From assembly GCA_963733195.1 (NCBI GenBank), contig CAVTCR010000062.1, positions 224,001-288,000 on the forward strand: a stretch of 64,000 bases of DNA, in the 5' to 3' direction. Made by a program: the position numbers and the translations under genes. The notes below the pieces were generated by a model, which was not told where the DNA came from, made no database searches, and saw nothing but the letters and a program-made list of their open reading frames with translations. Shown here in pieces: positions 29,537 through 40,937 of the stretch. Origin of the DNA: an uncultured delta proteobacterium. Lineage in GTDB: Bacteria; Desulfobacterota; Binatia; Bin18. The stretch's first letter is position 1, and each line of letters opens with the position of its first letter.

Positions 29537-31245
29537 CTACTGCGGCAGAGCAAACACAATCAGCGCACTGCCCTTGCTTGCTAATGGCGGCTCGCCGGCA
29601 ATGGTGGCAACAATGCCGCCACCACCCGAGGGCATGGCGATGTATTGGCGACCACCAATCTTATACGTCGCTGGCTGACCACGCACCGAGGCTCCAGTCT
29701 GGAACTGCCACAGGACTTTGCCGGTTGCATCGTCAAACGCTTTGACGTGCCCTTCTTGATTGCCAGTAAATACCAGTCCGCCCCCAGTCGCCAGGGTTCC
29801 ACCCAACAACGGATATTTTTCCTTATGTCGCCATTTCACTGCGCCAGTTGTCGCATCAATCGCGGAGAAGTGTCCATAAGAGGTACCGTCATCACCTTGG
29901 CTGCCATTCCAGCCACCACCCCAAAACGGAATCCCTTGAATGAACATTGCCGACGCTTTTTTCATCTGCATACAGCTTTCGATTACTGGCACATACATGA
30001 ACTTCGTCATCGGACTATATGCAGCAGTGTAGGAACTATTCTTACCACCCGGTGCTCCGGGGCAGATCCATTCTTTTCCTTCTTCCTGTGGGACGAACTT
30101 TGGGTCGACGATAGGTCGACCATTCTCGTCGAGCCCCTTGGCCCAATTAAGCTGGTCCACATATTGTGAACCGTGAAGGAATTTTCCTGACGTACGATCC
30201 AGAACATAGAGAAAGCCATTCCGGTTGGGCTGAGCCAGCGCTTTCACGTTGCGACCGTTACGCATCACGTTGACAAGAAACAGATCAGTGTTCCCGTCGT
30301 AATCCCACACATCATGTGGAGTGAACTGGAAGTGCCATTTCACTGCACCAGTATCGGGATTCATCGCTAAGACGGAGTCGGTATACAAATTGTCACCCTT
30401 ACGAGCGTCGCCGTTCCAGTCTGGGGCTGTATTTCCCGCCGCCCAGAATAGCACATCTTGTTCGGGGTCATACGAGCCCGGTAATCCAGGTGGGGCCGCC
30501 ACCATACTTCCAGGAATCGCCTTCCCACGTTTCGACGCCTTTTCTCTCCCTCTCCTGGAGTTGTATACGTACGCCACTTGCGCTCTCCTGTTTTAACGTC
30601 ATAGGCATCAATGTACCCACGGATTCCGTACTCGCCGCCAGCAATGCCCACAACCACTTTGTCTTTCACCACCAACGGAGCAACGGTCGAGCTAAAGCCG
30701 TTGGCATATTTATCGATCTCGACATTCCATACCACTTTGCCGGTTCGGCGATCGAGCGCGACCAATCGCGCATCGAGTGTTGCCATGAAGACCTTGTCGT
30801 CAGCAATGGCAAACCCGCGGTTGGTTGGCCCGCAACACACGCGCATGTCATCTGGCAGCGGATGATCGTATTTCCAAATTGGTTCGCCAGTGACCGCATC
30901 GAGCGCGAAAGCGTGATTGTACGAAGCAGTGAGGTAGAGAATGCCATCAGCAACAACTGGTGACGCTTCGAGTTGTCCGGGAATACCAGTTTGAAACACC
31001 CAAGCGACGGAAAGCTTCTTCACATTCTTTTTGTTAATGTCTTTGAGTGCACTATATCGCCAACTGTGATAGTCCCCGCCGTACATTAGCCATGCTGATG
31101 GGTCTTCTGTTCCTTTCAGCAAGCGTTCTTGGGTGACCGGTTTGAGATCGTAGGTCTTCTCTTCTCCAGCCTGTGTTCCCCCAGGTAGCAATAAGAGCAG
31201 ACCGACAAGGCTTTTTACGAGTTTCTCTCGCCAATGACCAACCAT
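29537..31245 (-). CDS. PQQ-dependent alcohol dehydrogenase paralog (frameshifts near 30480-30545)
   Basis: CCGPTNRG, GGEYG, GNTAP, TPHDVWDYDG; ORFs 30367..31272 and 29537..30577. Confidence 0.88.
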
Positions 31246-31504
31246 AGCGCTTCCCTCCTTAACATGGGCCATGTTCCTCTGTAGGTGGCGGCAAATTACT
31301 GAGTTTTGCTGGGCCGATCAAGAGAAGGCAGCAGACTCTAGACCTGGCACACCAAATGGGGCAATAAGGAGGAAAGAGTCTAGGAGTCTAAGAGTTGGGG
31401 AGTCGAGAAAAAAGAGACGGAGAAAGGACAAGCGCTTATTTTTTTATCCTTTTCGCCGTTTCCCCTTTTCGCCATTTCGCCCAGTAAACAAGGAGGGTTA
31501 CGTC

Positions 31505-32320
31505 ATGTTACAAGTGTATTCCATGCCCGTCGGTTGGCTTGAGTTCGATAGCAAACTATTTTTTCCTAATCGTCCACTCGGTACGATGATGACCATTCCG
31601 GTGCCGAGCTACCTCATCACCCATCCCAAGGGCAACGTCGTCTTCGATACAGGCGTGCATTGCCAGGTCATGCAAGATCCAGTTGCGCGCTTGGGTGAAG
31701 CGATGGCAAAAAGCTTCGTGTCACGCACCAAACCAGGTGAAGAAATTGTTGCCCAGCTTGCACAGTTCAAACTCACCCCGAACGACATCAAATATGTGAT
31801 TAATTCACATTTTCATTTTGATCACTGTGGTGGTAACGAATTCTTCCCTCAGTCCACGATCCTCGTACAAAAAAACGAGTTGGAGACCGCCCACGATCCC
31901 AAGCTATGCAAGAAAGCGTTTTTTGATCCCAAAGATTGGGACCACAAGTTGAACTATCAGACGGTGGACGGCGAATACGATATCTTCGGCGATGGCACGT
32001 TAGTGATTATTCCTACTCACGGCCACACGCCGGGGCATCAGTCACTCCGTGTTCGTGTTACCGGACGTGGCGAGTTCGTCGTGACGGGCGATGCCTGTTA
32101 CACCAAGACCAATATGGATGAGAATCTATTACCGTCGGTCGCATACGACGAAAAGGAAATGTATCAGTCACTTGCGACACTGCGCGACCTGCGAGACAAA
32201 AAGGGCGCGACTATTCTCTACGGCCACGACCCTGACCAGTGGAAGGAAGTGCCGCACGCACCACGCTCCCCTCGCCTAACCACTCCAGGGGAAAAGGGCA
32301 AAGGGGTAAAGGGAGAATGA
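31505..32320 (+). CDS. Metallo-beta-lactamase fold N-acyl-homoserine-lactonase family protein
   Basis: SYLITHP.G.VVFDTG, SHFHFDHCG, THGHTPGHQS, TGDACY, GHD; 3' end possibly frameshifted. Confidence 0.88.
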   Translation: MLQVYSMPVGWLEFDSKLFFPNRPLGTMMTIPVPSYLITHPKGNVVFDTGVHCQVMQDPVARLGEAMAKSFVSRTKPGEEIVAQLAQFKLTPNDIKYVINSHFHFDHCGGNEFFPQSTILVQKNELETAHDPKLCKKAFFDPKDWDHKLNYQTVDGEYDIFGDGTLVIIPTHGHTPGHQSLRVRVTGRGEFVVTGDACYTKTNMDENLLPSVAYDEKEMYQSLATLRDLRDKKGATILYGHDPDQWKEVPHAPRSPRLTTPGEKGKGVKGE

Positions 32321-32376
32321 AAAAACACCAAATTCCTCCCCTTTTCGCCATTTCCCCTTTTTCCCTTTTCGCCCTC

Positions 32377-32739
32377 TTAGAGCGGTTTCTGGTCGTTCGT
32401 TTGCCATCCCTTCCACACATCCGGGCAATACCCCACAGTTGCTTCTTTGCCGTTACGAACGATTGGAGTACGAAACAGCAACGGATCATCAAGCAAAAGG
32501 GTTTCGATCTTCGCGGCATTGAAAGAGGCGTACGCAAGACCTTTCTCAACGAAGTGGGTGCTCGATCGGTCAATCAGTTGGTCAAGCGGCACCCGTATGG
32601 CGACCGAGTGCAATTCACCTTTTGAGAGCCCTTTTTCTTTCAGATCAACAAATTGGAAGCGAATGCCGCGCTCTTTGAAGAAGCGTTGGGCTTTACGCGT
32701 GTCGGCGCACTTTTGTAGGCCAAAGATCTGGATATTCAT
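32377..32739 (-). CDS. ArsC/Spx family protein
   Basis: MNIQIFG..KCADTRKAQRFFKERGI, PLLFRTPIVRNG. Confidence 0.85.
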   Translation of the reverse strand: MNIQIFGLQKCADTRKAQRFFKERGIRFQFVDLKEKGLSKGELHSVAIRVPLDQLIDRSSTHFVEKGLAYASFNAAKIETLLLDDPLLFRTPIVRNGKEATVGYCPDVWKGWQTNDQKPL

Positions 32740-32811
32740 GCCGTGCTCTCCGTTCGTCAGCATGAAAGAGGAGCCGTGAGGAGTCAAGTTCATTGTTTAC
32801 ACCGCGGCATT

Positions 32812-33738
32812 TCACCGCAATGCCATCGGAAGCCAAATCCGAAACGTTGAACCTCGACCAACTTCACTTTCTACCGTGATTGTCCCTCGTAGCAACTCCA
32901 AAAAGTTCTTGACAATATAGAGACCCAATCCTGCCCCACCTTTGCTTCTGGTCAGTGCAGTACCAATTTTATGGAATGGCATAAAAATGAAGGGGACCTC
33001 CTCTCTTTCCATACCGATACCAGTATCCACGACACAAACTTCAACCCCGTCCCTTCCTCGCCACCCCTGGAGCATCACTTGCCCATGGTCAGTAAATTTA
33101 CTCGCATTACTGAGCAAATTTCTCACAATGACTCTGAATTTATCAACATCAGTATAGAATACCGCCTCTGCGTCCTGCACATCGTAGATGAACTCAAGCG
33201 ACGACGCCTCACGCAAATCTCTCGTTTCTTTCCACACATCTTCAAGAACTTCACCGAATCGGACTTTCGTTACTGTGGCGCATGAGCGGCCTATCTGGAG
33301 ATGACTGGCATCAAGGAGCGTCTCGATGAGAACGAGAAGATTACCAGCGTTTTTCTTGACCCGCTTGAGAACGGTGGATTGTTGCTCTGTCAGCTCGCCA
33401 AACTCGCCGTCTTTCAGAAGATCAGTGTATCCCATAACAACACTGAGAGGCGTACGGAGTTCATGACTCACCGTCGCAAGAAACTCCTCTCGCGCCCGTA
33501 GTGTCGCCTCAGTAATGTCCTTCGCCTTGCGCAGTTCGTGCTCTGCACGCTGGCGCGCAGCAACTTCATCGCGGAGCGTGCCTTTGGTACGATCCAGTTC
33601 CGCAAGAACCCTTTGCAGTTCTTCTAGATCAGGCCGCCCTTGCGGGGGAAAAACACACCCTCGCTCATTTAGCTGCTGAGCGTTCGAGATTTGTCTGGTA
33701 TGATCATCGACGTCTGGCTGGTGTTTTGCGTTTTCCAT
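32812..33738 (-). CDS. Orphan histidine kinase (HisKA + HATPase) with no obvious sensor domain
   Basis: FLATVSHELRTPL, NLLSNASKFT, DTGIG, GAGLGL. Confidence 0.85.
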   Translation of the reverse strand: MENAKHQPDVDDHTRQISNAQQLNERGCVFPPQGRPDLEELQRVLAELDRTKGTLRDEVAARQRAEHELRKAKDITEATLRAREEFLATVSHELRTPLSVVMGYTDLLKDGEFGELTEQQSTVLKRVKKNAGNLLVLIETLLDASHLQIGRSCATVTKVRFGEVLEDVWKETRDLREASSLEFIYDVQDAEAVFYTDVDKFRVIVRNLLSNASKFTDHGQVMLQGWRGRDGVEVCVVDTGIGMEREEVPFIFMPFHKIGTALTRSKGGAGLGLYIVKNFLELLRGTITVESEVGRGSTFRIWLPMALR

Positions 33739-34102
33739 CCCCACCTTTTCCTTTCCACCACACAGTAAACACCCCATTCACGGCGCATAAATACACCAAA
33801 AGTTATGAACTTACAACATTAAATTTACGTACCAAACTGGATGAAAGGCGTAAAAAACCCCTACCCTCAACCCTTTTTCTCGCAAGAAACCCTATACGTC
33901 ATACGACGAGACTTTTTCACTGGGAATCTCGGAATTGATTTCGCCCTTGATTCCTTGGACCGTTTCGTCGTAAAGAATCGCATGCTTCAACAAAAACAGA
34001 GCAGGACGACAGGAAAGGTGGAAAAGCAAACTACAGGTCAGGTTTGCTTCTTAATCTTTTGTGGTGCGGAACCGCATTAGCTCTAAGAATAAGGAGTTTG
34101 TG

Positions 34103-36702
34103 ATGGCTGATACACAAACACATGGCGCGCTGGCCGTTGAGGAACAAGCATACAAATTGGCGACAAATGTTCGCCCTGATCGTTACCAACTCCGCCTTGC
34201 TCCGGATTTGACTGCATTCACGTTTGTGGGAGAAGAAACGGTCACGATCACGGTGTTAGAGCCAACGGCTGATATCTGCCTCAACGCTGCAGAGCTGCAG
34301 GTCCATTCAGCCGTAATCGTCACTCAGCATGGAGAGAAAATCACCGGCACGGTCACGCTCGATGAGATCAACGAACGCGCAGTGTTGACGTTTCCCCAGC
34401 AGCTTGTGTCTGGTTCTTACCAACTGCAACTGACGTTTTCCGGCATACTCAACGACAAGTTGCACGGCTTTTATCGCAGCACGTACAAAGATGCCCAAGG
34501 TCACGATAAAATCCTCGCCTCCACACAGTTTGAGGCGACCGACGCTCGACGGGCATTTCCGTGTTGGGATGAACCGGCATGGAAAGCCGTATTCCAAACG
34601 ACATTCATTATCCCCGAACATCTCACGGCGATTTCCAACACTGCGGTCGTTCGTGAAACGATCCTTTCCGGTACTGGCACGAAAGAAGTGGTCTTTGCCG
34701 ACAGCATCAAAATGTCTACGTATCTTGTTGCCTTCATTGTCGGTGAGTTCGAAGGTACTGATCCCGTGTATGTCGGTCAGACACCACTGCGCGTGTGGGC
34801 CGTTCCCGGGAAACGCCATTTGGCGCCGTTCGGCCAAGAAGTTGGCGCAGCATCGTTACGATTTTTCAGTGAATACTACCAATGCCCCTACCCTGGCGAC
34901 AAACTTGACCTCATCGCCATTCCTGACTTCGCTTTCGGTGCCATGGAAAATCTCGGTGCGATCACCTATCGTGAAACAGCGTTACTCATTGATACCAACT
35001 CAGCTGCTCGCCGCGAACTCGAAGCGAGTTGCGAATGTCGTCTCCCATGAAAATGCGCATATGTGGTTCGGTGACCTGGTCACTATGCGTTGGTGGAATG
35101 GACTGTGGTTGAATGAAGCGTTTGCCACCTTTATGGCGACACTCGCGGTAGATCATATACAAACCCGAATGGCAGCGGTGGACCAGCTTCGCAGTGTCGC
35201 GCGCCAGCGCTATGCAAGTGGATGGTCTCCACAGCACCCGTCCCATCGAATTCCCCGTCCATCGACCTGAAGAGGCGCAGGCATGTTCGATGTGCTCACC
35301 TATCAAAAGGGTGCTGCCGTGCTACGGATGCTCGAACAGTATCTGGGTGCGGACGCCTTTCGTGCAGGCATCAGCTTATATTTAAAGAAACATGAGTTCG
35401 CCAATACCGAGACCACAGACCTGTGGGATGCCATCGAAGAAGCTTCACGACAGCCAGCCCGCGCGTTGATGGACTCGTGGGTGTTCCAGCCCGGCTATCC
35501 ACTGTTACACGTACAGATCGAAGGAAATGCGAAGTGCTCATTTCGCAGCAACCCTTTCGCTATGTGCAAGACGGCGATGGCCCGCAGCAGCTCTGGCATG
35601 TGCCGATCTTTTTACGCGCCCGAACAGCACAGGGGGTTCATGAACAAACGGCCCTGATGACCGGTAAAGAAATGCGCATTCACACTCTCATCACAACCTG
35701 AGTGGGTAGTGATTAATTCAGGCGGGCATGGGTTTTATCGGGTGCAATACTCTCCAGATCTCCATAAGCGTCTCACTAACAACCTGTATGAGACTCTCTC
35801 TGCCGTCGAACGCTTCAATCTCATCAACGATACGTGGGCAGCGGCGCAAGCAGGTCTGACACCCATGACCACCTATCTTGATTTGCTTTCACTCTTCCGT
35901 GATGAGACCGATCCCAACGTATGGAGTGTCATTATCGCGTCGGGGCAATACCTCTATCACATGCTGGATGCCCATCAGCGGCCAGCCTTACAGCGATTTC
36001 TTCGTCATTTGCTTACGCCGATTGTGCAGAAACTTGGGCTGGAGCCCGCAGGCAGGAGAAAACGAATTGCTCGGCCAGTTGCGCGGGGAACTCTTGAGTG
36101 CACTCGGAACACTGGGGGCTGATCCCACAATCCAGGCTGAAGCACGTGCGCGCTATGCCCAATATCAACACAATCCCGCAGCCGTAGATCGCAACGTTGT
36201 TCCTGCCTTAGTGTCGATTGTTGCGAGCTGTGGTGACCTCGCTGAATACGAGGAATTCACAACTCACTTCAAAACGGCAAAGACTCCGCAAGAAGAGACG
36301 CGATATTTGTTTGCGCTCGCAGCATTCCGCTCCGAAGCGTTATTCGAGCGTACCCTGCAGCTCACCATCAATGGCGAAGTCCGTACGCAAAATGCCCCGT
36401 ATTTGATGCGCTCGTTGCTGCTCAACACCGAACAGCGCGAACGCGCCTGGACTTTTCTGAAGACGCACTGGGACGAGATGTGCCGCCAATACCCAGACAA
36501 CTCGATCGTTCGTATGTGTGAAGGTATTCTCTCTCTGGTCACACCAGCGCTGGAAGCAGAAGTTATCGACTTCTTTGCTTCACATCCGGTCAAACAGGCG
36601 GCAAAGACCCTGCAACAACATCTCGAAAAACTTCGCATCGCTGTTGCCTGTAAACAGCGCGAAGCAACGAACATCGAGGCGTATTTGCAGCGGGCGTCGT
36701 AA
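34103..36702 (+). CDS. M1 family (puromycin-sensitive/PepN-like) aminopeptidase with ERAP1-C domain (several frameshifts)
   Basis: [32 protein letters not shown]...[18 protein letters not shown]. Confidence 0.9.
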
Positions 36703-36768
36703 GCAGCGGCCGAAGTCAGATGGGCACCCAGAATGTTAGACAGGGGTAGAGATATTGCTTCAGTATTC

Positions 36769-36966
36769 TTATGCTGCCTCTCGCGAAGGCACGCGTCGCA
36801 AATACTCGACAATCTCCGCATTGACACGCTCAATTTCTGCCAGGTAACTGCTGGCCATCGCTTCATAGGCTTCCGGGGTGTACGTACTCCGTGCGGCAGC
36901 TAGGATGCGCTCGAAGCGCAGGACATACTCTTGCGCTGCCTGAAGTTCAACATCATTTTTAATCAT
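36769..36966 (-). CDS. Small hypothetical (antitoxin-like) protein
   Basis: MIKNDVELQ...[16 protein letters not shown]; overlaps the upstream fragment. Confidence 0.5.
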   Translation of the reverse strand: MIKNDVELQAAQEYVLRFERILAAARSTYTPEAYEAMASSYLAEIERVNAEIVEYLRRVPSREAA

Positions 36967-37130
36967 GCTCCATTACCTCTACGATGCCGCGTCGCTGAAG
37001 ATCACGGCGTGTCTGCCAGCCAACAATTAAATCTTCCATGTCGGCAAAGCTCGTTCCAGCGTTAACCCAAAAGATACTCGCACCAAACTCGCTTTGCGCG
37101 GCACCGTGTCGAAACAGTCCCTGCGTCTCA
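36959..37130 (-). pseudogene. C-terminal remnant of a putative nucleotidyltransferase-like toxin partner
   Basis: FRHGAAQSEFGASIFW...WQTRRD..RRGIVEV; family (DUF6932-like) from memory only. Confidence 0.3.
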
Positions 37131-37281
37131 GGCGGTGCACTCTCCCTGACTCGGTACTCATGGCGGCGATTATGGGGTGTCCGTCTCTTGTTTGTCAAAC
37201 TCTCCTTTCGATGAGTGTCTCGTTGCGTCGGAGTGAGGCGAAGACTACAATCCTGCTGGTTCATGACAAAAAGGGGTCCTT

Positions 37282-37650
37282 ATGGAAACGCTCTCGCTGA
37301 GAGTGAATACAACTCCCCGACGACATCTACAGGAGATCAAAACCGTAGAATCCATCATCCTGCGTCACGGCGTCCCAGAAGATTATCTTGTATGGATCCT
37401 TGGCGAGAGGCGACTATCGAGCTGACTCTGATATCGATATCTGTTGTGAGGGGATCCCTCCTGACCACTACTTTCGCGCCTTGGCTGAGTGTTTGCTGGC
37501 ATCACAGCGGCGAGTCAGTGCCTGCTCGACTTGCCAGCATTCAAGGGTACTTCAGAGAAAGACTCTTGCGCGAAGGAAAAATCCTATATGAACGTGGACG
37601 AACTACGGAAGGAGATCGAAGGGCTGAGAAGGATTGGGCTCAGCAGTAAT
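37282..37650 (+). pseudogene. MNT nucleotidyltransferase (frameshifted) followed by a truncated partner ORF
   Basis: IILYGSLARGDYRADSDIDI; ends EGKILYE, overlapping ATG 37588 (MNVDELRKEI...). Confidence 0.7.
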
Positions 37651-38084
37651 GTAGCTACCGAAGACGATGAATCTCTGCAAGCAACCCGTGCTCTGCGCCA
37701 GTTTATAGATGTGTGCCAGCCGTGGAGAGATTATGCAGCGGGATGTTGCGAAGTGTCAACGGAAGAAGCCCCGGCTCCGGCTTCCGTTCCGCCCTGTGAC
37801 TCATTTGAGGGTAGTGGTTCAGTTTTCCTTTTTAGGTTACGTAGAAACGCACAATCCGTGTCTCGAGGAGCCCTGCGACGAAGAATATCTCTCGGGCTAG
37901 AGCGCGGAGGGGAGAGATTCTTCACTCCGCAGAGTTTATCCTGAGCCTGTCGAAGAGCTCCAGTTCAGAATGACATGCCGTAGCGTTGTCGGCCAAACTG
38001 AACCACTACCCATTTGAGCCGCGCCTTGCTGGCTCTTGTTCCTCTTGGTATCGTACGGAGTGTGTTTCGGAGTGAGAGCATTTT

Positions 38085-38398
38085 ATGCATGAACTAACTT
38101 TGCTACTACCCGATGAATTGTACATCCAACTCCAAGCCCGAGCTGCGCACAAGGGGTACGTTGGAAGGATTCATTATGGATCAGTTAACAGCGGAGACCG
38201 TGAATGCAGAGCACAAAAAGGCAAGACCAGCAGGTACTTGAGGAAGCGCTGGCTTCGACCGGATTGCTGCAAACGATCAGCCCTGACTTGATCGCTGCGT
38301 ATAGTGCTGATCCTACCACGCCACGTCAGAGTCCCGTGCACGTTCAGGGTAAGCCCCTCAGTGCCGTCATTGTCGAACAACGAGAGCGAACGGAGTGA
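38085..38398 (+). CDS. Putative antitoxin (frameshifted)
   Basis: MHELTLLLPDELY..LQARA...QGKPLSAVIVEQR; overlaps the PIN gene start. Confidence 0.6.
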
Positions 38399-38814
38399 CG
38401 ATATACTTTCTGGACAGCAGCGCTTTGGTCAAACGCTATGCGGTCGAAATAGGAACGACGTGGGTCAGTCAGCTCTGTGATCCCGCCAACCGTCATACCC
38501 TTTTGATTGCCAGTGTGACCCTCGTCGAGGTCGCAGCCGCTTTTGCTACTAAGCAACGCTCCCAAGAAGTAACAACAGAAGCCTATAGCCAGGGTCTGCA
38601 AGATTTCATCCGAGATGCAGCAGGGCAGTATCGCGTGCTCGGTGTAGATCAGCGGGTCATTGCGCTGGGTGTAACTCTCACGACGAGGCAAAAACTCCGC
38701 GGCTACGACGCCGTGCAACTTGCGGTGGCGTTGACCGTAAACGCTGCCCTTGTTGGTCAGCAGCTCACTCCGCTTACTTTTGCTGTCCGATCGCGACCTA
38801 CTCACTGCCGCTAG
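38395..38814 (+). CDS. VapC/PIN-domain toxin (3' end frameshifted)
   Basis: YFLDSSALVKRY, TLVEVAAA, LRGYDAVQLA. Confidence 0.85.
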   Translation: MTIYFLDSSALVKRYAVEIGTTWVSQLCDPANRHTLLIASVTLVEVAAAFATKQRSQEVTTEAYSQGLQDFIRDAAGQYRVLGVDQRVIALGVTLTTRQKLRGYDAVQLAVALTVNAALVGQQLTPLTFAVRSRPTHCR

Positions 38815-38925
38815 CAACGGGGGTCGCCCCACCATTAAATCCCAATTCTTACCATGATACAAGCTAATTCTTCCTCAGTCCTCAATCTTCATCGTACTAT
38901 TCTGCATTTCTAGCATTCTATCTTA

Positions 38926-40838
38926 TTATTTCAGCCCCGCCTTGCGCTGGGCTGCATGCCCAGCGCTCTGTGATCTCTGGGTCTTTGAAGGGAAAACCCT
39001 CTGCTTCCATCTCTCTAATGAGAAATTGGGGATGATTCGCAGAATTTCTGCTCCTTCGGCCTTGGCCTCCTCTTCCCGTCCTGACTCACTGTAGATAAAC
39101 GCTAAGCCCCAGTGAGCAGGCCAAAAATCTGGGTTCCGCGCCAGGATTTTCTTGAAAATCGTCAATGGCTTCCTCATACTGCCCTGCAGAAACGTAGGCT
39201 GAACCTAATGCGTTCAAGTTGGTCAACTGCTGAGGGGCCAGACGCACGGCCTTCGTCGCTGCAGAAATAGCTTCCTGCGGCTTCCCGCTACTGCTGAGAA
39301 CGAATGCCAGCCCCTCATAGCCAGTAGCAAAGTTAGGATCAAGCGTAATGGCCCGCTCCATCTCAGTTTGGGCTTGGTCATGCTGCTTTTGCATCACATA
39401 GACCCAACCCAGCACGAAGTGGGCGAAAGGCAAGGACTCATCCAAGGCTACCGCCTTCTGCGCCAGTTCAGAAGCCCGCTCTAAGGTCTGCTCCTGTCCT
39501 CCATACGAGAACCACTCCCACAAATAGGTCTGGCTCAGGCGGGCGTATGCTGCGGCATACTGCGGGTCCAGCTCAAGGGCGCTTTCACACATTTGCCGGA
39601 GCTGCGCGTTGGCCTCTTTTGTGCCAGGAAACCCGAACTCCAAGCTGCGCAAGAAATAGTCATAGGCCTCCAAGCTGTTGGTTGGGACGCGCTTAAACCG
39701 TTCTTGTTCCTCCGGCGTCAATTTCACTTTCAGTGCGAACACGATCTTCTGCCGGATCTCATCTTGCAGGGCGAAGATGTCTGCAAGCGGTCGGTCGTAG
39801 CGCTCGGACCAGAGATGACCTCCTGTGATAGCATCGATTAACTGTGTCGTGACCCGCACTTGGTCGCCTGCCTTGCGCACGCTGCCTTCCAAAACGTAAT
39901 GCACCCCTAACTCTTTACTCACCTCCTGGACCTTCACCGCTTTGCCTTTGTAGGTGAAGGCCGAGTTGCGGGCGATGACGAACAAACTCGAAATCCTCGA
40001 CAGATCAGTCGTAATGTCTTCAGTGATCCCATCACTGAAATACTCTTGCTAGGGATCGTTGCTCATGTTGATAAAGGGCAGAACGACAATGGAGGGCTTG
40101 TCGGGCAGAGGCAAGGATGGGTGCTAGGGGCTAGGGGTGGGTGTTAGGGGAGGAAGAAGGAAGATAGCGAACACCCACAGCTGTCCCTGCTACAAGCAGC
40201 AGTCCCACCGCTATTGCTCGGTGGGCAGAGCCCACCCTACGAGAAAACTTCAGGCGTTGGACTTGGAGCGTCCGGCGTAAGCCTGTAGGTGCCTCGGGCA
40301 ACAAAGCATAGACCTGGAAGCGTTCGGCGATGTTCTTCAGCTTGGGTTTGCCCATGGAGACCACTGTGCCAAGGTCTACTTTTTTGGCCACGTCACGATA
40401 GACAATGTCCGAGATACAAATCGTATCCGGCTCGGCCAAGGCTTGTAGCCGCGAGGCGATGTTGACCCCATCGCCAAACACATCGCCGTCTTTCTGCACG
40501 ATGTCACCGAGATGAATACCAATCCGCACGTGAATCTGTTCAGCTTTTTCTTTCTCAGCATTATAAGAGCGTAACTGGCTCTGAATCTGCTGCGCACACT
40601 GCACGGCGTGGACGACGGAGGGAAAGTCGACCAAGAAGGCATCCCCGACGGTTTTGATGACATGGCCATGATGGGCACTCACGGCTTGTTGAATGAGTCT
40701 GATTATGCACATCCAACAACCGCAGCATGCGGGCCTCGTCGCGCCCATCTGGCGGCTAAAGCCGACGATGTCGGTGAACATGATCGCCGCTAGTCGCCGT
40801 TGCTCGACGTGCGTCGCACTACCTGTAGCATCCTGCAT
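38926..40838 (-). pseudogene. Second adenylate cyclase-TolB-TPR gene (frameshifts and one in-frame TAG)
   Basis: RRLAAIMFTDIVGFS, GDGVNIASRL, MSNDP*QEYFSDG (TAG near 40050), TPRs, ends RKAGLK. Confidence 0.82.
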
Positions 40839-40937
40839 AAACGAGGATTATTCTGCCGATGCTGGCTTACTGTCAACTGACGATGGGCTTGTAGTCCACC
40901 GCAACAAAGATAAAGGGCGAATTGTAAGGAGGAGGTA

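Noticed and set aside
27639-31245. Naming the dehydrogenases xoxF, mxaF or exaF
   Set aside because: Motifs (CCG, GGEYG, DGNT) do not match those clades well enough without a phylogeny
40049-40052. In-frame TAG (also near 48554) as pyrrolysine or recoding
   Set aside because: Both occur in genes with other lesions; TAG terminates normal genes here; no pyl genes in the window
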